A stretch of 53,152 bases of DNA from Clostridia bacterium (GCA_022794055.1 JAAWEA010000073.1:1-53152), one strand, 5' to 3'; shown: positions 28,550 to 40,447, numbered from the stretch's first letter. Translations and numbers: made by a program. The notes: generated by a model from the sequence alone, not told the origin.

Positions 28550-29309
28550 CTACTCCCAGCTCCTTCCATAATGTATCAAAATATTGGCTAAACTTAGGAC
28601 TTTGTCTGCAATTTATTGGAGTTCTATTTTCAATTTCGAAGTCTATTTTATGAATATCTTTAATAGTTCCTGGTCTTTTACTTAGAACAAGCACTCTATC
28701 TGCCATGCTAATAGCTTCTGAAATGTCATGTGTTACCATAATTGCTGTTATATTTTCTTTTCGCAAAATAGAATAAATATCTTCTGTTACCATTATTCTT
28801 GTTTGATAATCTAAAGCTGAAAATGCTTCATCTAATAGTAAGATTTTAGGTTTTACAGCTAATGTCCTAATTAATGCTACTCTTTGTCTCATTCCTCCTG
28901 ACAACTCTGATGGATATTTATTCATAAATTCATTTAAATTATATTTTTTTAATAACTCTTTTACATATTCAATATTTTCCTTTGTTTTAATTCCCTTAAT
29001 TTCTAAACCAAATAGTGTATTATTTAATATGTTTTTCCACTCTAATAGACAATCTCTTTGTAGCATATATCCAATTTTAGATGATATTCCTTCACTGCTT
29101 TCTCCTTCTATAGAAATTTCTCCTTCTGTTTTTCTTTCTAATCCTGCAATTATTGATAATAATGTTGATTTCCCACATCCACTAGGTCCTATTATACTGA
29201 CAAATTCACCTTCTTTTACACGAAAATTCACATTTTTTAATGCTTGAACTTCCCCTTCTTTATTTTGATATTTTTTTCCTACATTTTTAACTTCTAATAT
29301 TTCTTTCAT
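28539..29309 (-). CDS. ABC transporter ATPase (SsuB/TauB-like)
   Basis: GPSGCGKST, LSGGMRQR, LLLDEAF. Confidence 0.92.
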   Translation of the reverse strand: MKEILEVKNVGKKYQNKEGEVQALKNVNFRVKEGEFVSIIGPSGCGKSTLLSIIAGLERKTEGEISIEGESSEGISSKIGYMLQRDCLLEWKNILNNTLFGLEIKGIKTKENIEYVKELLKKYNLNEFMNKYPSELSGGMRQRVALIRTLAVKPKILLLDEAFSALDYQTRIMVTEDIYSILRKENITAIMVTHDISEAISMADRVLVLSKRPGTIKDIHKIDFEIENRTPINCRQSPKFSQYFDTLWKELGVDEK

Positions 29310-29470
29310 AAATTGCCTCCTTTTATTTATCCTAATTTATATTATGTAAAATATTTTTTTATGTTACTTAATCAACTCTTCAATGGGAACACTAAAAAGA
29401 AAAGCCTCAATTATTAAATTTTTTCCTTAATAATTGAGGCTTCTCTTTATTTCATATTTTATTAAAATTA

Positions 29471-29800
29471 TTATATATGTGTCTTACAAACTAATTCTGA
29501 AATCTGATATATTAATTTTTGTTGCTCAGGAGTACATTTTTTTAAAATTTCGCCAAAATCCTCTCTTAAATAGTCTTTTGATTTTGTATTACTTCCAACT
29601 AATAAATATCCTGGTGAAACTTTTAAAATTTCAGCTATTTGTGTTAATCTTTTTAAATTAATATGTACTGTCCCTCTCTCTATTCTACTTATAAAAGCAA
29701 CTGAAATATTAATTTCATCTGCCAATTCTTCTTGTGTCATGTTATTTTTTAGTCTCAGACTTCTAATTCTTTTTCCTATTACAGTATAATCTGGTGACAT
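29471..29800 (-). CDS. XRE-family transcriptional regulator
   Basis: IGKRIRSLR..MTQEELA..ISRIERG HTH. Confidence 0.9.
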   Translation of the reverse strand: MSPDYTVIGKRIRSLRLKNNMTQEELADEINISVAFISRIERGTVHINLKRLTQIAEILKVSPGYLLVGSNTKSKDYLREDFGEILKKCTPEQQKLIYQISELVCKTHI

Positions 29801-29864
29801 TTTACCACTTCCTTTTTATTATAAGTAAATATATCACCTATAAGGTAACTAGTCAATAGTTTTT

Positions 29865-30521
29865 TTAATTTATTTGTAAATATTTATATTTTAATTTCAT
29901 AAATTCTTTTGCCAACTTTGACTCTATTTTTCTTAAATCTTCTACTTTTAAATCATTTAACTGGATAGCATTATAAAAGAATTTAATACTATTTTCTTTA
30001 CATGTTGTATATCTAATATCTTTTGAATATGTATAACTTAGATTATTCCATTTTTCCTTACCTGTATAAATTACAGTTGGTATTACTATTGGATTTCTTT
30101 TGTTTACTATTTTTTCTTCTTCATTCCACTTTTTTATAATATTAAATGTATGTTCAAACATTTTATAAGATATATTAGAATCTATTTGATTAATCAATTT
30201 TATAAAAATAAATATTTCTTTTTCTTTTATTTTTGCAATTAAAACATCATTTATTTTGTTATTTGAAAGTCTTTTTACATGATTATAATATATTATATCT
30301 AAATTATATCCTAATTGGCTTAAATCCATTTTAAGAAATTCATTTAAAAATTTCTTTAATTCACATTTTTCTTTTAATATATTAATAATATTATTCTCTG
30401 TATTTTCATTTTTTCCATTTTTGAGTTCATATTTTGATACTTTTTCTTCTATTCTTGTTAATTCATCTATTTTTCCATTATCCATACAGTCTAAAAAATC
30501 ATTGTATGAAAAATAGATCAT
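29865..30521 (-). CDS. Degenerate Rpn/YhgA-like (PD-(D/E)XK) protein
   Basis: EIFIFIKLINQIDSNISYKMFEH and PIVIPTVIYTGKEKW resemble Rpn core motifs. Confidence 0.5.
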   Translation of the reverse strand: MIYFSYNDFLDCMDNGKIDELTRIEEKVSKYELKNGKNENTENNIINILKEKCELKKFLNEFLKMDLSQLGYNLDIIYYNHVKRLSNNKINDVLIAKIKEKEIFIFIKLINQIDSNISYKMFEHTFNIIKKWNEEEKIVNKRNPIVIPTVIYTGKEKWNNLSYTYSKDIRYTTCKENSIKFFYNAIQLNDLKVEDLRKIESKLAKEFMKLKYKYLQIN

Positions 30522-30763
30522 ACACTTCTCCTTTCTTTTATCTTTACTTAAGTTTTTCTGGAAGTTTTCTTCGATATAATTTTAATTTTGAAAAAATAAT
30601 TTATAAATAATTTTTTGAAAATAATTTTGATATTTTTATATTAACATAAAATGGTAAGAATTGCAATCAAATTACATTTTCTTACCATTATTATAAAATT
30701 TTTATGTAGAAATTTATCATAAGTTGTTATATTTTGTATTTTTTATAATCTTATTTTTAACAT

Positions 30764-31267
30764 TTATTTATCAAAATATGTACTTATCCCTTGTAAATCT
30801 TCAAAATCATGTTGTCTTAAAACTTCATAAGTAATTATAGCAACTGAATTTGACAAATTCAAAGACCTTAATACTGGAAGCATAGGTATTCTTATTGTTT
30901 TTTTATTTAAATATTTCTCTAAAAGCCATTCAGGCAATCCCTTAGTTTCTTTTCCATATAGCACGAAAACTTCTTCCATTTTAGAATAATCTATGTCAGT
31001 ATATTTTGTTTTACCTTTTGTTGTTGCAAAAAACATATTATTTTCATCTGGCTTGTATTTATTCAAAAATTCATCTAGTGAACTATGCTCTTCTAGATCT
31101 AATTTATCCCAATAATCTAATCCTGCTCTTTTTACTGACTTATCATCTATTTTAAATGCTAATGGATGAACTAGATGTAATTTAGCTCCTGTTATTGCAC
31201 AAGTTCTTGCAATATTTCCTGTATTTTGTGGTATTTCTGGTTCTACTAATACTATATTTAATTTCAT
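30764..31267 (-). CDS. trmL: tRNA (cytidine/uridine 34-2'-O)-methyltransferase
   Basis: PEIPQNTGNIARTC, RAGLDYW, GKETKGLP, RSLNLSNS. Confidence 0.93.
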   Translation of the reverse strand: MKLNIVLVEPEIPQNTGNIARTCAITGAKLHLVHPLAFKIDDKSVKRAGLDYWDKLDLEEHSSLDEFLNKYKPDENNMFFATTKGKTKYTDIDYSKMEEVFVLYGKETKGLPEWLLEKYLNKKTIRIPMLPVLRSLNLSNSVAIITYEVLRQHDFEDLQGISTYFDK

Positions 31268-31338
31268 TTTTCTCCTCTCAAAAAACGGTCTAATTACATT
31301 ACTCTCTTTATACATAAGTTTTTTTCAAAGAATAATCC

Positions 31339-32130
31339 CTATTGACCAATTTTCTGTCTTACATATTCATATAATACAACACCTGTAGCAACTGAAGCAT
31401 TTAAGCTCTCTGTCTTACCAAGCATTGGTATCTTTATTTTTTCATCTGCCATATTCTGGATTTTCTTCTCAACTCCATTTGCTTCATTTCCAATTACAAT
31501 AGCCTTTTTATTAAATTCAATATCATACAAAGATTTCTTTGTTTGCAAAGATGTTACTACCACTTTAAAATCATTTTCTTGTATCTCTTTCAAAGTCTTT
31601 TCTAAATCTTCACATTCTATAATATTAACTCTAAAAATTGCTCCCATTGTAGAACGTATAACTTTCGTATTATAACAATCAGCAGTTCCTTTTGACACTA
31701 TAATTTGATTTAATCCAACACTATCTACTGTTCTTAATATAGTTCCTAAATTTCCTGGATCTTGTATATCATCTAATACTACTATAATATCTTGTTTATA
31801 ATCAATTGATTTATCTTCTTTATTTCTCTTAACCACTGCCAAAATTCCTTGTGGTGTACTTACATCTGAAATACTAATAAATACTTTTTCTGTTACATAT
31901 ATACATTCATATTTTGCAACTTCATACATAATATCTTTTGGAATTACTTCTGTATCTAAACAATTATCACATACAATAATCTGCTCTATTTCAGCCTTTT
32001 CTTCAATAGCTTCTTTAATTAGCTTAATCCCCTCAATCACATATTCTTGATTTAAATCTCTATATTTCTTTTCTTTTAGTTTTCTAATATGCTTTATCAA
32101 TTCATTATCTTTACTTGATATAATTTGCAT
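31339..32130 (-). CDS. TrmH/SpoU-family RNA methyltransferase
   Basis: QDPGNLGTILRT, IGNEANG, ESLNASVA. Confidence 0.92.
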   Translation of the reverse strand: MQIISSKDNELIKHIRKLKEKKYRDLNQEYVIEGIKLIKEAIEEKAEIEQIIVCDNCLDTEVIPKDIMYEVAKYECIYVTEKVFISISDVSTPQGILAVVKRNKEDKSIDYKQDIIVVLDDIQDPGNLGTILRTVDSVGLNQIIVSKGTADCYNTKVIRSTMGAIFRVNIIECEDLEKTLKEIQENDFKVVVTSLQTKKSLYDIEFNKKAIVIGNEANGVEKKIQNMADEKIKIPMLGKTESLNASVATGVVLYEYVRQKIGQ

Positions 32131-32324
32131 AATATCTCCTTCTACATTATATTAACATTATAAATTTTTGTATAGTTTTTATTATTTGCTGTCTTAATTC
32201 TTAATCCTATTAGATATTATCTTTTGCTTATTACATTCGATTAGAATTTTTAAAGTTAGCAAATAATATAAAACTACACTAAAATTTCAGCACTTATAAT
32301 AATTCTTATCAATTTATCTACTTT

Positions 32325-35300
32325 TTAATCCTCAAGATTTTTTAAAAACTCAGTAACATCATTTAAAATTTGTCTTTCATTTGTTGTACCAATTTCTAAA
32401 GTAATCATTGTTTTAACTCCTGGTGAAAACTTCAACTTATTGCGATATATTTTTATCAGTTTATTCAAATCAATTTCCATTTTACTTTTTTCAAATGTAA
32501 AAATAACTGCTGTACCTCTACTTGCTATCTTACTAATAGAAAAAGGTTTTGCCAAATATTTAATTCTAGCAATATCTAATAGATTTTCAAGTTCTTCTGG
32601 CATATTACCAAATCTATCAATAATCTCATCTATAACATTTTGTATATCCTCTTCATTTTTACATAAAGCAATATTTTGATATACTTCAATTTTTTGTGCA
32701 GAATCATCAATATATTCATCAGGAATATAGCTTGTAACTCTTAAATCAATTTGTAGGTCAATTTCAGCAACTACCTCAATACCTTGCATTTCTTTAACAA
32801 CTTCATCTAATAAACTACAATATGTATCATATCCAACTTGTTCTAAATGTCCTGATTGTATCTCTCCAAGCAAACTTCCTGCTCCTCTAATTTCTAAATC
32901 TCTCATTGCTATTTTAAATCCAGAACCAAACTCTGTAAACTCTTTAATTGCTTTTAACCTTTTGTCCGCTTCTTCTGATAACATTTTATCTTTTCTATAA
33001 GTTATATAAGCAAATGCTTGTTTATCAGATCTTCCAACCCTTCCTCTAATTTGATAAAGTGCTGCTAATCCCATTCTATCTGCATTTTCTACAATGATAG
33101 TATTAGCATTAGGTATATCTATTCCTGATTCTAAAATTGTTGTACAAACTAATACATTAGATTTCTTTTCAATAAAGTCTTTCATAATTTCTTCTATTTG
33201 ATTACCTGTCATTTGACCATGTGCATAACTTACAATTGCCTCTGGAACTAATCTTGATATATCATCTGCCTTTTTTTGTATTGTATCTACTCTATTATAA
33301 ATTAAAAATACTTGCCCATCTCTTTCAAGTTCCTTTGTAATAGCCTCTTTTATAACTTCTTCATCATATTCTAACACATAAGTTTGAACTGGTTTTCTGT
33401 TTTGTGGAGGCTCATAAATAACTGACATATCTCTTATTCCAACAATTGACATCTGCATTGTTCTAGGAATTGGAGTTGCTGTCATTGTCAAAACATCTAT
33501 ATTAGACTTATATTGTTTAATTTTCTCTTTTGCTTTAACTCCAAAGCGATGTTCCTCATCAATAATTAACAATCCAATATCTTTAAATTCTACATCTTTA
33601 CTTAGCAATCTATGAGTTCCAATTACAATATCTACTTCACCTAATTGTAACTTTCTTATAACTTCATCTTGATATTTTTTACTTTTAAACCTATTTAAAA
33701 TTTCAACTTTAATAGGAAAGTCTTTCATTCTTTCCCTAAATTCTTCATATTGCTGTTGTGCTAAAACTGTTGTTGGTACTAAATATGCTACTTGTTTTTG
33801 ATCCATAACAGCTTTAAATGCTGCTCTAATTGCAACTTCTGTTTTTCCATAACCAACATCTCCACATAAAAGTCTGTCCATTGGTCTTTGATTTTCCATA
33901 TCCTTTTTTACTTCTTCAATACATCTTAACTGATCATCTGTTTCTTCATAAGGAAAATTATCTTCAAATTGTTGTTGCCAAGGAGAATCTTTTGTAAAAG
34001 AATATCCTTTAGCCTTTTCTCTTTTAGCATATAATTCAATTAACTCTTTTGCAACTGCCCTTAAATTCTTCTTTACTTTTTCTTTGGTTTTTGACCAATC
34101 TTTGCTTCTTAAACTGTTAATAGGTGGATTTATAGCATCTCCTCCTATATATTTTCTTATAAAGTCTAATTGGTTTGTTGGAATATATAAAATATCATCA
34201 TTTTTATATTTTAACTTGATGTAATCTTTTGTAGTTCCATCAGCAGTTATTGTATTTACTCCCACAAAAATTCCTATTCCATAATTTTTATGTACAACAT
34301 AATCTCCTATTTTTAAATCTGCAAATACTACTTTTTCTCCTTCTTTAAAAGCTTTATTTGCAAAAGTTTTCTTTTTCTTTCCACCATCAATCAGGTCATC
34401 TGCTGACACAACAATTTGATTTATTTCAAAGTTTTCAAATCCTTCTGTTAATTTTCCTATTCCTATTGTAACAATATTTTCTGAAGCTTTTACAATAATC
34501 GTTTTATCTAACTTTTCTTCTATTTTACATAGTATTTCTTCTTTTTCCAATATTTCTTTTAATTTGTTTGCCTTTTCTTTTGTTGATAGCATAATATAAA
34601 TACTCTTTTTCTCTTTTTTCCATTTCAAAATGTCTTTTAATATATTTTCCATTTCACTTTTATAGTAGTTAATTTCTCTATATTCAAAGTGATATTTTTC
34701 TGCTTGTTTTTTTGTTACTGTATCTTGCTTTTCTAAATAAACTAGTTGTTTTTTATTTTCTAGTATTTCAAAATCTAAGATATCTATATTTTTAAGTGCT
34801 TCTGGCACTATCTTTTCTTTTTCTATTAAATTTTTGCTTAAATTTTCAATGTCTAATATTATATTTTTTTCCCTTTGTTCAATTTTACTTATTTCATCTA
34901 AAAATATAACATAATCATTACTTAAATAATCTAACAAATTGCCTTGTTCTTGATAAAATTCATTAAAATATTTGTCTATTTTACTAAAATAATTTCCAGC
35001 TTTAATTTGTTCAATATCTTCTTCTAGCTTTTCTCCTAGCTTTCCATCTGTTATTGTATTACTAATTCTTTTACATATATTTTCAATTGAATCTTCTAAA
35101 ATATATTCATCTGCCGGGTATATACTCACTTTTTCTAAAGTATTTATAGATCTTTGGCTACTAATGCTAAAGTTTCTGATTGAGTCGATTTCATCTCCCC
35201 ATAATTCAATTCTTACTCCTGTTTTTTCGTCAATTGAAATATCTATAATATCTCCTCTTATACTAAATTGCCCTCTGCCTTCTATTAAGTCATATCTAAT

Positions 35301-35783
35301 ATATCCTAAATTTACTAGTTTTCTTTTGACATCTTCTAAATTGCATACATCTCCTACTTTAAATTCCAATTTATTTTTAAATAGAGTTTCTGGTAATGGG
35401 ATTTTTTGCATTAAACTTTCAATTGTTGTTACTACTATTAAATTTTTTTTATCTCTTATTTTATTTAATGCTGTTATTCTTTCATAAGGTAATTCTTTGC
35501 TCTCTGCAATATAGTCGTAAGTTACAATATCTTTTTTTGGGAAATATACTACTTTGTCTTTTTCAAATACTTCTAAGTTTTCTGCTATTTTTTTTGCTTG
35601 TATTTCATTGTATGTAACTAATAATATTGGCTTTCTGTTATATCCATTTATTGCTGTTATTATTTGCGTCATTCCAACGCTTGTTAAGCCCGATATTGAT
35701 ATCGGGCTTTGTTCTTTTTCTATTTGTTTGCTTAAATTTATAAACTTTTCGGATTTTCCTAATTCACCTATTATTGTGTTCAT
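32325..35783 (-). CDS. mfd: Transcription-repair coupling factor
   Basis: [32 protein letters not shown]. Confidence 0.97.
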   Translation of the reverse strand: MNTIIGELGKSEKFINLSKQIEKEQSPISISGLTSVGMTQIITAINGYNRKPILLVTYNEIQAKKIAENLEVFEKDKVVYFPKKDIVTYDYIAESKELPYERITALNKIRDKKNLIVVTTIESLMQKIPLPETLFKNKLEFKVGDVCNLEDVKRKLVNLGYIRYDLIEGRGQFSIRGDIIDISIDEKTGVRIELWGDEIDSIRNFSISSQRSINTLEKVSIYPADEYILEDSIENICKRISNTITDGKLGEKLEEDIEQIKAGNYFSKIDKYFNEFYQEQGNLLDYLSNDYVIFLDEISKIEQREKNIILDIENLSKNLIEKEKIVPEALKNIDILDFEILENKKQLVYLEKQDTVTKKQAEKYHFEYREINYYKSEMENILKDILKWKKEKKSIYIMLSTKEKANKLKEILEKEEILCKIEEKLDKTIIVKASENIVTIGIGKLTEGFENFEINQIVVSADDLIDGGKKKKTFANKAFKEGEKVVFADLKIGDYVVHKNYGIGIFVGVNTITADGTTKDYIKLKYKNDDILYIPTNQLDFIRKYIGGDAINPPINSLRSKDWSKTKEKVKKNLRAVAKELIELYAKREKAKGYSFTKDSPWQQQFEDNFPYEETDDQLRCIEEVKKDMENQRPMDRLLCGDVGYGKTEVAIRAAFKAVMDQKQVAYLVPTTVLAQQQYEEFRERMKDFPIKVEILNRFKSKKYQDEVIRKLQLGEVDIVIGTHRLLSKDVEFKDIGLLIIDEEHRFGVKAKEKIKQYKSNIDVLTMTATPIPRTMQMSIVGIRDMSVIYEPPQNRKPVQTYVLEYDEEVIKEAITKELERDGQVFLIYNRVDTIQKKADDISRLVPEAIVSYAHGQMTGNQIEEIMKDFIEKKSNVLVCTTILESGIDIPNANTIIVENADRMGLAALYQIRGRVGRSDKQAFAYITYRKDKMLSEEADKRLKAIKEFTEFGSGFKIAMRDLEIRGAGSLLGEIQSGHLEQVGYDTYCSLLDEVVKEMQGIEVVAEIDLQIDLRVTSYIPDEYIDDSAQKIEVYQNIALCKNEEDIQNVIDEIIDRFGNMPEELENLLDIARIKYLAKPFSISKIASRGTAVIFTFEKSKMEIDLNKLIKIYRNKLKFSPGVKTMITLEIGTTNERQILNDVTEFLKNLED

Positions 35784-35981
35784 TCTGATTACTCCTATTT
35801 TGCTATTATACCCTATATCTATTAAAAAGTAAATATTTTTATTTTGGATTTTATGCTAAATATCATAAGTAATATATCATATTTAAAATCATATTTGCTT
35901 TTTTATGTAAATTATGATATAATAACTTTATACCAAAAAAAATACAACAGACCTCCCTATAGGGAGGCAGAAGGAGAAAAC

Positions 35982-36161
35982 ATGGCAAAAAAAACTATTT
36001 TCAAACCTCATGTAAACAGCTATTGTGAAAAGTGTAAGGGCACATGCTGGAATCCGAATGACAACTCGGCTACCCAAGAAAAAGCAAGAAAAAAATTTGG
36101 AACAACACCAAACAACTGCGTAAACTCCTTAGATGGAAATTCACGTTGTCCTTATGCTTAA
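35982..36161 (+). CDS. Orphan 59-aa Cys-rich protein
   Basis: AAGGAG RBS, CEKCKGTC...C...CPYA, upstream TATAAT, terminator near 36168-36200. Confidence 0.65.
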   Translation: MAKKTIFKPHVNSYCEKCKGTCWNPNDNSATQEKARKKFGTTPNNCVNSLDGNSRCPYA

Positions 36162-36211
36162 GCAATCGGGGAAGCAAGAGATTTATCTCGAGCTTCCCTT
36201 CTCCTATTTAT

Positions 36212-38155
36212 TTACATTTTTACCACCAATTTACTAAACTTAGAATTTATATAATTCTCCAATTTATCCATAAAAACTTGTGGAGCAATTTCTTTTTTAG
36301 CAACCATATCTAATCCTTTTTCCCAACTCGCAGTAAGTTTAGGATTTAGCATATCTGGCATAGAAAAATTAACAATATCATAAATAATCTCACCTTTATC
36401 TGTAGGAGTAATAATTTGTGTCTTTTTATTTATATCAATATATTTTATTCTTTCTAATTTATCAATAATTCCACCTCTTGTAGCACTAGTACCAATTCCA
36501 GCACCTTTAATTTGCTCACGCAATTCTTCATCTTCAATTAGCTTACCTGCATTTTCCATAGCCAAAATAATTGACCCTGAATTATATCTAGTAGGTGGTG
36601 AAGTCTCAGCATCTTTTATTTCATAATTTTTAGTAATTAGTTTTTCACCTTTTTTTAATTTTTTTAAAATTTCCAAGCTTTCTTCATCTGTCTTTTCCAC
36701 ATTTTCTTCATTTGATGTGGAAACCTTAGCCTTATATGGTTTAGCTATCTCTAAATATCCCTTATTTACACAAACTTTTTCACTAGCATAAAAAGTTTCA
36801 TTTTCAACATTAACTGTTACTTGTACCTTACTATATTCTGCTGGAGGATAAAAAATAGCCAAAAATCTCTTTACAATTAACTTATAAATTTGTTTATGTA
36901 AATCTGGTAACTTATCATAATTATCAAACCCTTGACCTGTTGGAATAATAGCATAATGGTCTGTTATCTTACTATCATTTACATACTTTGTTTTTGCTAG
37001 TTGATTTGTTGGATATTTTTCTTCTATCATCTTTTTGATATAGGCTTGTACTTCCTCATCTTGATAACCTTTCACTAATCCATTTAAATTTTTAGATATT
37101 TCTTTTGACACTGCTGTTGATAATACTCTAGCATCTGTTCTAGGATAAGTTACTAATTTTTTTTCATACAAATTTTGTATTATTTCTAATGTTTCATCTG
37201 GTTTTATTTTAAATCTTTTTGTACATTCATTTTGAAGTTCTGCTAAATTAAATAAAAGTGGTGCATTTTCCTTTTGTTTTGACTTTTTAAGTTCAGTAAC
37301 AATTGATTCTTTTCCTTGAAGTGATTTTATAAAATCTTGTGCTTTTTGTTCATTTTTGAAACCTGTTTCATTATATAAATAAGTTGATTCAAAAAACTTT
37401 GATTTTTCATTTACTTTCCATTCTGCTTTAAATGAAGATTCTTCATCTCCAAACTCACCTAAAATCTTATAATACTTAGTCTTAACAAAATTTTTTATTT
37501 CTCGTTCCCTAAAAACTATCATTCCTAATACACAAGTCATAACACGTCCTACTGAAATAGAAGCTTTTTCTTCATTTATTTTCTTTGCTAAACTTCTTCC
37601 TTGAGTAATAGACAACAATCTTGAAAAATTAATTCCTATCAAATAATCTTCTTTTGCTCTTAAATATGCACTATCAGACAAACTATCATATTCTGATGAA
37701 TCTTTTGCTTCCTTAACTCCTCTTAAAATTTCTTCTTCTGTTTGAGAATCAATCCATACTCTTTTTTGCTTAGCATTTGGATTTGGATTTGACATCATTA
37801 TAACTAGTCTTTGTATATATTCTCCTTCACGCCCTGAGTCTCCTGCATTATAAATTTCTTCTATATCTTCTCTTTGCATTAGGTTTTGAACTATATTAAA
37901 TTGATTTTGAACATTTGGAATTATCTCATATTTCCATTCTTTTGGTATAAATGGTAATGTATCTAATCTCCAAAATTTCAGATTTTCATCATATTTTTCT
38001 GGATAACTCATAGTAACTAAATGACCTACACACCATGTTATAATCCATTCATCTGATTCTAAAAATCCATTTTTTCTATTTGCATTTATTTTTAAAGCTT
38101 TTGCAAATTCCATTGCTACTGATGGCTTTTCTGTTATTAATAGTTTTTTGCCCAT
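36212..38155 (-). CDS. topB: DNA topoisomerase III
   Basis: ITEKPSVA, D.GREGE, TYPRTD, DHYAIIP, GIGTSATR. Confidence 0.9.
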   Translation of the reverse strand: MGKKLLITEKPSVAMEFAKALKINANRKNGFLESDEWIITWCVGHLVTMSYPEKYDENLKFWRLDTLPFIPKEWKYEIIPNVQNQFNIVQNLMQREDIEEIYNAGDSGREGEYIQRLVIMMSNPNPNAKQKRVWIDSQTEEEILRGVKEAKDSSEYDSLSDSAYLRAKEDYLIGINFSRLLSITQGRSLAKKINEEKASISVGRVMTCVLGMIVFREREIKNFVKTKYYKILGEFGDEESSFKAEWKVNEKSKFFESTYLYNETGFKNEQKAQDFIKSLQGKESIVTELKKSKQKENAPLLFNLAELQNECTKRFKIKPDETLEIIQNLYEKKLVTYPRTDARVLSTAVSKEISKNLNGLVKGYQDEEVQAYIKKMIEEKYPTNQLAKTKYVNDSKITDHYAIIPTGQGFDNYDKLPDLHKQIYKLIVKRFLAIFYPPAEYSKVQVTVNVENETFYASEKVCVNKGYLEIAKPYKAKVSTSNEENVEKTDEESLEILKKLKKGEKLITKNYEIKDAETSPPTRYNSGSIILAMENAGKLIEDEELREQIKGAGIGTSATRGGIIDKLERIKYIDINKKTQIITPTDKGEIIYDIVNFSMPDMLNPKLTASWEKGLDMVAKKEIAPQVFMDKLENYINSKFSKLVVKM

Positions 38156-38159
38156 TTTA

Positions 38160-38918
38160 TCATCCTTTTTCTACATATTCATTTGCTATTTTTCTTATTT
38201 GTTCAATTTTAGTTTTTGTGTCTTTATCTTTAAAATCAAATCTATTAAGAATTTTATTAATATAATCTTCTTTTTTTATAATTTCAAAACTTTCTTTAAA
38301 GTTTATATCAAATATAAGAGCAATTGTTGAAATCACCTTATTTACATTATCCTTCTCTTTCCTTTTCTCTGTCTTTACCGTTTTATTTTGCATAAATTGC
38401 TCATATACATTTTCATATATAGTTGTTTCTTCAATTTCTTTTTCTGTATCTTTCCAAAACATATCTACTGCTTCATAAAGTATATCTAATTTATCTGCAT
38501 CTCTAATTATTTTTGCAAATAATAACTGACTTTCTGTTAGTCCTTCTTCAATAGCATATTTATTATGATTTTTTATTGCCTTTTTTATAATTTCATCATA
38601 TTTATCTTGCTTAATGTATTTTCTTATATCTTTATTTAATATTTCTACTCCATAATCCGCATGGTCAATACTTAATAAATCGTTAAATGTTTCAAATTTT
38701 GTATATTGTTCAAATCTTGCTATATCATGTAATAATCCTATTAATGTTGCTAATTCTATTTCTTCTTGTGTAAGTTTTAAAAGTTCTGAAATTCTTTTTG
38801 ATTTTTGCATTACTCTTAGTGAATGTTGCTGTTTTCTTTTTATATGTTCTTCACTTAAATCAAATTTTTCTGTATACTTCAAAAATTCTTTCTTTGCTTT
38901 TTCTATATCTATATTCAT
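38160..38918 (-). CDS. HD-domain phosphohydrolase
   Basis: HSLRV, LLHDIARF, DHA, HN, RDADK. Confidence 0.9.
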   Translation of the reverse strand: MNIDIEKAKKEFLKYTEKFDLSEEHIKRKQQHSLRVMQKSKRISELLKLTQEEIELATLIGLLHDIARFEQYTKFETFNDLLSIDHADYGVEILNKDIRKYIKQDKYDEIIKKAIKNHNKYAIEEGLTESQLLFAKIIRDADKLDILYEAVDMFWKDTEKEIEETTIYENVYEQFMQNKTVKTEKRKEKDNVNKVISTIALIFDINFKESFEIIKKEDYINKILNRFDFKDKDTKTKIEQIRKIANEYVEKG

Positions 38919-38940
38919 TTTATCTCCTAACTAAATAATA

Positions 38941-39693
38941 TTACTTTTCTAAATATTTTATTAGCTCTTCATATATTACTTTCATTCGTTGTTTTGTTTC
39001 TTCATTTTTAAATTCAAATCTATTATATAATTTTTCTACGTATTGATTTTCTTTTATAATATCTAAACTTTGTTTAAAATTAAAATCATAAACATAAGTA
39101 AATTGTGCTACTAATAAATCTACATTTGTTTTTAAATCATTATAATTTATTAACTTATCATTTAAAAATTGTTCATATATATTATTTGTTATTTTCTCAT
39201 CTTCTAATTCTCCATAAAGTTCTTTTTTATCTCCTGTCGTTAGCACATAAAATATATCTATTTTATCTGCATCTCTTATTATTCTAGAATGTAAATTTTG
39301 TTTTTCTGATAGTCCTTGTTCTATTTTTGCTCTATTATGATTTAATATTGATTTTTTTATAATATTGTCATATTTGTCTGTGTCAAGAAACTTTTTTATC
39401 AATCTATCTTCATATAAGACTTTTATAGCATATTCTCCATGGTCAATACTATCTTTATCTAAAAAAGTATTATATACTCTTATTTGTTCAAATCTTCCTA
39501 TATCATGTAGTAATCCTATCAATTCTGCCAGTTTTACATCTTCTTCATCTAGCCCTAATTCCTCTGCTAATTTTTTTGCTATTTGAGAAACTCTTTCAAT
39601 ATGTGCAATTTTTATTTTTATCTTTCCATCTTCTGGATTGTAATTTTTTATATATTCTTTAAATACTTGCTTTGCTTTTAATATATCTATCAT
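38941..39693 (-). CDS. HD-domain phosphohydrolase (tandem paralogue)
   Basis: HIERV, LLHDIGRF, DHG, HN, RDADK. Confidence 0.9.
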   Translation of the reverse strand: MIDILKAKQVFKEYIKNYNPEDGKIKIKIAHIERVSQIAKKLAEELGLDEEDVKLAELIGLLHDIGRFEQIRVYNTFLDKDSIDHGEYAIKVLYEDRLIKKFLDTDKYDNIIKKSILNHNRAKIEQGLSEKQNLHSRIIRDADKIDIFYVLTTGDKKELYGELEDEKITNNIYEQFLNDKLINYNDLKTNVDLLVAQFTYVYDFNFKQSLDIIKENQYVEKLYNRFEFKNEETKQRMKVIYEELIKYLEK

Positions 39694-39832
39694 TATTATT
39701 TTACTCCTAATTAAATCTAATTTATTTTATTGTATCATATTATTTTTTATTTTCAAATATTATATTTTAATTTGGGTTACCCCCAATAAGAATATTATTC
39801 TTATTGGGGGTGATTCTGTTGATTTGCAGCAC

Positions 39833-40447
39833 TTAATATACATAGAAAAATAAGTTTCCATTAGAAAAATCATAATCATAAAACTCCAGTCCATATTCCT
39901 CAAAGAACATAGAAACTGTACATATATCTTCTTCTAAAAGTTCTATTTCAGACTTAAGCCAAATTAAAGTAGCAATATGTCTCTTCTTGTAGTATTCATA
40001 ATTTCCTTTTTCTATTTCAGTTAAAATATGCTGGCATTCTGCTTCAACCTTTTTGGTTCGCTGTTCCTTTGCCTTTTTTAAATCTTTTTTAAATTTTATC
40101 AACCTTTTCTGTGAAAATGTCGGTTGTCCTGTTCTGAATTTAGGAACTGAGAACACAAAAAAATGTTTTTTCTCATTATAGAAATATACCATTTTTGCTA
40201 AAAATCCAAGTTCATTTGCTATTTAACGAATATACTTACGGCATTCATATTCATCTGGAATTCTAAAGCTTTCAAAGTCCTTTCTTTTTTTTAAAAGTCT
40301 TGCCAATTCATCTTGAAAGCCTTTTAGAATTTTTTGCTGTACTCCTTCTATTAAGCTTTCTTCTAATTCTTCTATCTGGCTTGACCGTTCCTCTTCTCTT
40401 CCGCTTATTTCCTTTAAAATCTGACTTCTTAGAATTAACTCACCCAT
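39833..40447 (-). pseudogene. Orphan gene interrupted by one in-frame TAA
   Basis: ORFs 40223-40447 and 39833-40192 share a frame: ...CRKYIR*IANELGFLAKMVYF...; a clear RBS (AGGAGG) precedes only the first. Confidence 0.65.
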
